64,000 nt of DNA, from NCBI GenBank assembly GCA_902787955.1, contig CADAIJ010000010.1, positions 1,942 through 65,941 of the forward strand, in the 5' to 3' direction. Under the pieces are notes generated by a model. That model had not been told where the DNA came from. It searched no databases and saw only the letters and a list, made by a program, of their open reading frames with translations. Positions 59,570-64,000 of this stretch are shown piece by piece (position 1 is the stretch's first letter; each line of letters starts with the position of its first letter). This DNA comes from an uncultured Erysipelotrichaceae bacterium. GTDB lineage: Bacteria; Bacillota_I; Bacilli_A; RFN20; CAG-826. The position numbers and the translations under genes were made by a program.

Positions 59570-60598
59570 TTATTTACTTAAAATTGCGGAGTCAGGTGGC
59601 AAATCACCAGCAGTATTAAATTTCTCAAGCAAGTCCTCAATGGTGAGCTTTTGTTTCTCTTCTCCTCTAACATCTAGGATGATATGTCCACCATGGAACA
59701 TAATTAATCTATTTCCGTATGTTAACGCATCTTTCATATTATGAGTAATCATTAAAGTGGTCATCCCGTTTTCTTTAACAATCTTATCGGTTAATTCTAA
59801 AACCTTCTTCGCGGTTTTAGGATCAAGCGCGGCAGTGTGTTCATCTAAAAGAAGGATTTGTTTAGTTAAATCGAACTTAGAAACTTTCTGACAGAATAAT
59901 CTATTTGCTTCAATTAACTTAGCTCTTTTTTCTTTATGTTTTAACGTTCTATCAAATAAGATAGCGCGGAATTCTTTTTTAAATTCTTGATATGCAGGAT
60001 TATAAAAATCTTCGAATTCCTTTTTAGCGACATCGTGATCTTTTTCTGAGAATCTAATGTAATCTTTCTTCATTGTGCGGTGAGTTGGTTTATTACGGAT
60101 TGTCGCCATTAAGAGGGTTAGTGCTTGCCTTTGTCCACCAGACATAACACCAACTTTTTGATTGAGTCTATCTTCTAAACCTAAATCAAAGCGTTTAAGT
60201 TCATTAATAAAGATTTGTTTATGTGATTTTCTAAAGCCCCAAAGGAATGGAGAATGTTTTCTTCCGCGTCTATAGGCTATTTCTAGATTTTCTAATACTG
60301 ACATATCGCCAGAAGTACCAAGCATTGGGTCTTGGAATACATGACCAAAATATGACGCTCTTTGATGTTCGTCTAATTTCGTAATATCAACATTATTAAG
60401 TAATACCTGGCCTGAATCAGGTTTAACTGAACCAGTGATAACGTTAACTGTTGTAGATTTACCTGAACCATTACTACCAATAATAGTTACGAATTCACCA
60501 CTTTCGATTTGAAGATTAATATGGTCTAATGCGGTTCTTAAGTCTTCTTTATTTCCAGTAAGGTTGAAAGTCTTAGTTACATTTCTAAGTTCTAGCAT
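59570..60598 (-). CDS. ABC transporter ATP-binding protein with ~85-aa K/E-rich insertion between the signature motif and Walker B
   Basis: Walker A GSNGSGKST; Q-loop; signature MSGGQRQ; Walker B ILLLDEHTAALD; H-loop MITHN. Confidence 0.7.
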   Translation of the reverse strand: MLELRNVTKTFNLTGNKEDLRTALDHINLQIESGEFVTIIGSNGSGKSTTVNVITGSVKPDSGQVLLNNVDITKLDEHQRASYFGHVFQDPMLGTSGDMSVLENLEIAYRRGRKHSPFLWGFRKSHKQIFINELKRFDLGLEDRLNQKVGVMSGGQRQALTLLMATIRNKPTHRTMKKDYIRFSEKDHDVAKKEFEDFYNPAYQEFKKEFRAILFDRTLKHKEKRAKLIEANRLFCQKVSKFDLTKQILLLDEHTAALDPKTAKKVLELTDKIVKENGMTTLMITHNMKDALTYGNRLIMFHGGHIILDVRGEEKQKLTIEDLLEKFNTAGDLPPDSAILSK

Positions 60599-61557
60599 GA
60601 TTCACTTTCTCCCTTCTTAGTAAATAATCTAACGAAAAATGGGATTATATGTTTCTTGAATAAATCCTTAAATAACGGAATACATAAAGCAGTCGCGATT
60701 AAGAAAGCATAGAGTAAGCTCTTTAATTCAGTTGGAAGACCAAGTCTAATCGCAATCGTAATAATTGTGAAATAGAAGATAGCCCCTAACGCAACCGAAA
60801 TAAGCCAGTTCTTAAAGGATCTTTTACCAAATATAGCTTCTCCCATAAGGATACTTGCTAAACCAATTACTAAATACCCAGTCGCACTTACAGTTGAAAC
60901 ACTTAAAGCATCTTGAACATATAACGCACCCGCTAAACCAATTAAGCCATTAGATATAGCAATACAGGTAATAGTTGATATGTTAGTGTTAATTCCTTGG
61001 CTTCTAGCCATCTTTTCATTCATTCCTGTCGCTCTAATGGCCATTCCATATTCAGTGCCAAAGAAGTAGTAGATAAGTAAAATAACAACTAAAACTACTA
61101 CCACCATAACAGCGGCTTCAACAATCTTATTCCATTCATTCCAAGGATAGAAAACAGAATAAATAGTTTGTTGACCAGCGGCTAAAGAGATAGGAACTTG
61201 AGTAGCAAAGATTTGATCTGGACGAGTAATACCCATAATTAACATTGCAATCGACATCGACGCGGTTAAAGTGATAATTCCACTTAATAACTTAGGTATT
61301 TTTAATACTCGATTAAGTATTCCAGTTAGAATACCACAGGCTATTCCCACTAATACACCTAATAATGTAGCTAAGAATGGATTCATGCCGTTATAAATAC
61401 ATGAGCCAGTTAAAGCGGCACCTAAAAGGAAACTTCCTTCCGCCGACATATCGGCAAAATCGAGTAATCTAAAAGTTAGAAATACTCCTATTGCAAGTAA
61501 GCAACACGGAAGTCCGCTCGTTAAGATATTGAATATTACATTAACTATATCTGGCAT
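60592..61557 (-). CDS. ABC transporter permease
   Basis: ~9 TM helices; operon with the ATPase and the substrate-binding lipoprotein. Confidence 0.65.
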   Translation of the reverse strand: MPDIVNVIFNILTSGLPCCLLAIGVFLTFRLLDFADMSAEGSFLLGAALTGSCIYNGMNPFLATLLGVLVGIACGILTGILNRVLKIPKLLSGIITLTASMSIAMLIMGITRPDQIFATQVPISLAAGQQTIYSVFYPWNEWNKIVEAAVMVVVVLVVILLIYYFFGTEYGMAIRATGMNEKMARSQGINTNISTITCIAISNGLIGLAGALYVQDALSVSTVSATGYLVIGLASILMGEAIFGKRSFKNWLISVALGAIFYFTIITIAIRLGLPTELKSLLYAFLIATALCIPLFKDLFKKHIIPFFVRLFTKKGESESC

Positions 61558-61562
61558 AAGTC

Positions 61563-62549
61563 TTATTTATCTAAATTTTTCCATTCGTGTTTATTTAATA
61601 ATTCTTCACTCATTGTTAAACCTGAAGAGGCTAATGCGGAAGCACTATAAGCATATGTACATTCACTACTTGCAACAGGAACAACAGGGAAATCAGTTGG
61701 TTTCTTTTCGTTTTTAAGTATTTGAGCCGCCATCTTACCAGTAGCAAAACCTAAACTAAAGTAATCAATTGATAAAGTGACATGTCCACCACCTAAAACC
61801 ATGTTTTCTTCACCACAAACAATTAAGACACCTTTATTAGTGGCAGCATCTTTAACTGCATTCATATTAGCAGCGATATTATTATCAGTTGGTAAATATA
61901 TAGCGTTAACACCTTCACTTACTAATGCTTCAGCGGTTGCTTTAATATCGCTTGAATTAGAGCAAGTTTTAATAGAAGAGGCCATTCCTGCCGCTTTAAT
62001 TGCCGCGTCAGCTTGATCAGCTTGAACTTTAGAATTTACTTCTGTTTGAGTATACATAATACCAACTTTAGTGGCATCTTTATTGAATTCTTTAACTAAA
62101 GCAATCTGTTCTTCAACTGGGTTAGCATCGGTTGTACCACAGACATAACCAGATGTATTGTCTTTAGATTTAACTAAACCAGCTTGAACTGGATCAGTTA
62201 CCGCGGTAAAAAGAAGAGGCTTATTATAACCAGCGTTATCTTCTGCACCTTTTAATGCTAGGGACGCGCCTGTACCTATACCTAATGTTAAAGAAGAAGT
62301 ATCAACTAAATCTTTAGCAAGTAAATTTAAGTCAGCGTCATTTCCGCCAGCGTTACGATAATCGATTTTAGCGTTTTCAAAACCGTTTTCTTTTAAACCT
62401 TTAATAAAACCATCACGGGCAAGACCTAACGCAACATGTTCGACTGGTTGAAGAATTCCAATCTTAACTCCTCCATCACCACCACAGCCCGATAATGCGC
62501 CAGCGGCAAGGACGGATAATCCTAATACAGAAATTAAATTCTTTTTCAT
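61563..62549 (-). CDS. ABC transporter substrate-binding lipoprotein (ABC_sub_bind/PF04392-like; putative aromatic amino-acid binding)
   Basis: ATG 62549 with AGAAGG SD. Lipobox LSGC. ..VKIGILQPVEHVALGLARDGFIKGLKENGF.. typical of the uncharacterised-ABC SBP family sometimes annotated Trp/Tyr transport. Confidence 0.55.
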   Translation of the reverse strand: MKKNLISVLGLSVLAAGALSGCGGDGGVKIGILQPVEHVALGLARDGFIKGLKENGFENAKIDYRNAGGNDADLNLLAKDLVDTSSLTLGIGTGASLALKGAEDNAGYNKPLLFTAVTDPVQAGLVKSKDNTSGYVCGTTDANPVEEQIALVKEFNKDATKVGIMYTQTEVNSKVQADQADAAIKAAGMASSIKTCSNSSDIKATAEALVSEGVNAIYLPTDNNIAANMNAVKDAATNKGVLIVCGEENMVLGGGHVTLSIDYFSLGFATGKMAAQILKNEKKPTDFPVVPVASSECTYAYSASALASSGLTMSEELLNKHEWKNLDK

Positions 62550-62569
62550 AATAAGTACCTTCTCTTTCA

Positions 62570-62597
62570 ATAAAAATTTGGTGTTACGAGCACCAAA
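62570..62597 (-). terminator. attenuator terminator 2 in the SBP leader
   Basis: UUUGGUG-CUCGUAA-CACCAAA + UUUUUAUUG, immediately 5' of the SBP SD. Alternative pairings GCACCAAGU/AUUUGGUGC and GGUGUUA/UAACACC can act as antiterminators. Confidence 0.5.
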
Positions 62598-62643
62598 TTC
62601 CAATTTATTACTTGGTGCTACCTTTAAGCGATAACACCACTAG

Positions 62644-62677
62644 CCAAAAAGCCAAGATATTATCGATTCCCTCTTGG
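62644..62677 (-). terminator. attenuator hairpin 1 overlapping the leader-peptide stop codon
   Basis: CCAAGA-GGGAAUCGAUAAUA-UCUUGG followed by CUUUUUGG. Confidence 0.45.
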
Positions 62678-62716
62678 ATAAAAATAGCTATAAAAGTAAT
62701 AAACGTATCTTTTCAT
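62660..62716 (-). CDS. Tyr/Phe-rich leader peptide (18 aa) of a transcription attenuator
   Basis: AAGGU SD, then ATG AAA AGA TAC GTT TAT TAC TTT TAT AGC TAT TTT TAT CCA AGA GGG AAT CGA TAA = MKRYVYYFYSYFYPRGNR (6 Tyr + 2 Phe in 18 aa). Confidence 0.6.
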   Translation of the reverse strand: MKRYVYYFYSYFYPRGNR

Positions 62717-62876
62717 ACTTACCTTTTTCTTGAAAATTAATCTATCACTCGGCTGAAAACTTTTCAATATATTCTTAGTAAAGATGGGAATTTTTTCCTA
62801 AACACGTCATTTCTGAGTGATTTTTTAATAAATTAAAGCAAAATGTAAGCGAAGAAAAATTTTCATTATTTTCATA

Positions 62877-62912
62877 TTAAAAGGCCTCCACCTAATGATG
62901 GAAGCCTTATGT
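62877..62912 (-). terminator. intrinsic terminator after fusA
   Basis: AGGCUUCCAUCAUUAGGUGGAGGCCU hairpin followed by UUUU on the minus strand. Confidence 0.55.
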
Positions 62913-62922
62913 TTAATTTAGA

Positions 62923-64000
62923 TTATTCTTTAATCTTATTTTCAGCGATTACTTTATCAACTAAGTAGTTTGGTAATTCTTCGTAATCGACGAATTCTCT
63001 ATTGAAGTAACCGCTAGCTTGGGTAATTGACTTAAGTTGTGTAACATAGTCAATAATTTCTGCTTCTGGTACAAGGGCTTCAATTTCTTGATAACCATGT
63101 TCTTTTTCTTCAATATTTTGAATTCTGGCTCTTCTTGTATTTAAGTCGGAAAGAATGCTACCAGTATAACGAGATTCAACGTTAACTTTGACTCTCATAA
63201 TTGGTTCAAGAATAATTGGACGGCATTTCATATATGCATCTTTAAAGGCTAAGATACCGGCCATCTTGAAGGCTTGTTCATTGGAATCTACTGGATGGTA
63301 TTTGCCATCAATTAAGACACCTTTAACACCAATAACTGGGAAACCTGCAAGTAAACCACTATTAAGAGCTTCAAAGAAACCTTTTTCAACAGCTGGGAAG
63401 TAATTCTTTGGTACGGCTCCACCGAAGACTTCTTCAGCAAATTCATTTTCTTCAGCTGGTTCAAATCTCATCTTAACGACGCCATAGAAGCCACTACCAC
63501 CAGATTGTTTTACGTAACGGCCATCGCCTTCCGCGGTACCTTTAATAGATTCTCTATAGACTACTTTCATCTTTTCAGTAGTTAAGTTGATCTTATAAAG
63601 TGTTTTTAGTTTTTCTAATGCGAAGTTAATGTGGGATTCAGATAAACCACCAAGTAATAATTGTTTAGTTTCGTTATTACGTTTAACTTCTAAAGCTGGA
63701 TCTTCAAGTTGCATCTTTGCTAATGCTGGACCTAACTTAGATTCATCATTCTTATTCTCTAAGATAATAGCTTTAAAGATAACAGCGGTTGGGAATTTAA
63801 CAGGTTTAAAGATAGTAATTGATTTTGGAGAGGATAAACTATCACCAGATTTAACTTTTTCCACTCTAGTAATGGCGCCGATATCACCTGCGATAATTTC
63901 ATTAGCGTTATCAAGTTTCTTACCAGTCATGGTGTAAAGCATACTGATTCTTTGGGTTTCACCATTAACATAAACTTCATCACCAACATGAAGAACACCA
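62923..64000 (-). CDS. fusA: elongation factor G-type translational GTPase, C-terminal part (gene continues beyond the window)
   Basis: Domain IV GRYVKQSGGSGFYGVV (cf. EF-G GKFVRQSGGRGQYGHV). Domain II/III sequence continues in frame to the window edge. Confidence 0.7.
   Translation of the reverse strand, partial: GVLHVGDEVYVNGETQRISMLYTMTGKKLDNANEIIAGDIGAITRVEKVKSGDSLSSPKSITIFKPVKFPTAVIFKAIILENKNDESKLGPALAKMQLEDPALEVKRNNETKQLLLGGLSESHINFALEKLKTLYKINLTTEKMKVVYRESIKGTAEGDGRYVKQSGGSGFYGVVKMRFEPAEENEFAEEVFGGAVPKNYFPAVEKGFFEALNSGLLAGFPVIGVKGVLIDGKYHPVDSNEQAFKMAGILAFKDAYMKCRPIILEPIMRVKVNVESRYTGSILSDLNTRRARIQNIEEKEHGYQEIEALVPEAEIIDYVTQLKSITQASGYFNREFVDYEELPNYLVDKVIAENKIKE

Overview
AT-rich (~30% GC) bacterial chromosome window using the standard genetic code (long ORFs are terminated by TGA). 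Gene order resembles low-GC Firmicutes / Erysipelotrichia / Acholeplasma-like genomes (pcrA-ligA-gatCAB; tsaE-tsaB-rimI-tsaD). The 3' half (33.6-64 kb) is mostly housekeeping: galE, gatCAB, ligA, pcrA, asnS, tsaEBD/rimI, ung, an FNR-like reductase, GT4 glycosyltransferases, an ABC importer and the 3' end of fusA. It also carries a TPP riboswitch and a Tyr-rich leader-peptide attenuator. The 5' half (0-31.5 kb) is an accessory c-di-GMP signalling and surface-structure island. Three c-di-GMP-I (GEMM) riboswitches are readable directly in the sequence: one on the + strand before a GGDEF cyclase gene, and two on the - strand heading long operons. Those two operons encode seven paralogous secreted proteins with TasA/camelysin-type (SipW-cognate, A-W-F) signal peptides and a TasA-like C-terminal F-x-F-x-A-T-Q beta-strand motif. 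They also encode a dedicated SipW-type (S26B) signal peptidase, a membrane-anchored McrB-family AAA+ GTPase with an acidic coiled-coil partner, an EAL phosphodiesterase, a degenerate GGDEF-EAL candidate c-di-GMP receptor, a 1047-aa secreted protein and a 1597-aa BspA-type LRR surface protein. Taken together this looks like a previously undescribed c-di-GMP riboswitch-gated TasA-like fibre or matrix system, bracketed by diguanylate cyclases. Between the two operons lies a pair of tandem tiny hydrophobic peptide ORFs. They are convergent with two near-consensus promoter/terminator mini-transcripts on the opposite strand, an architecture typical of type I toxin-antitoxin modules.
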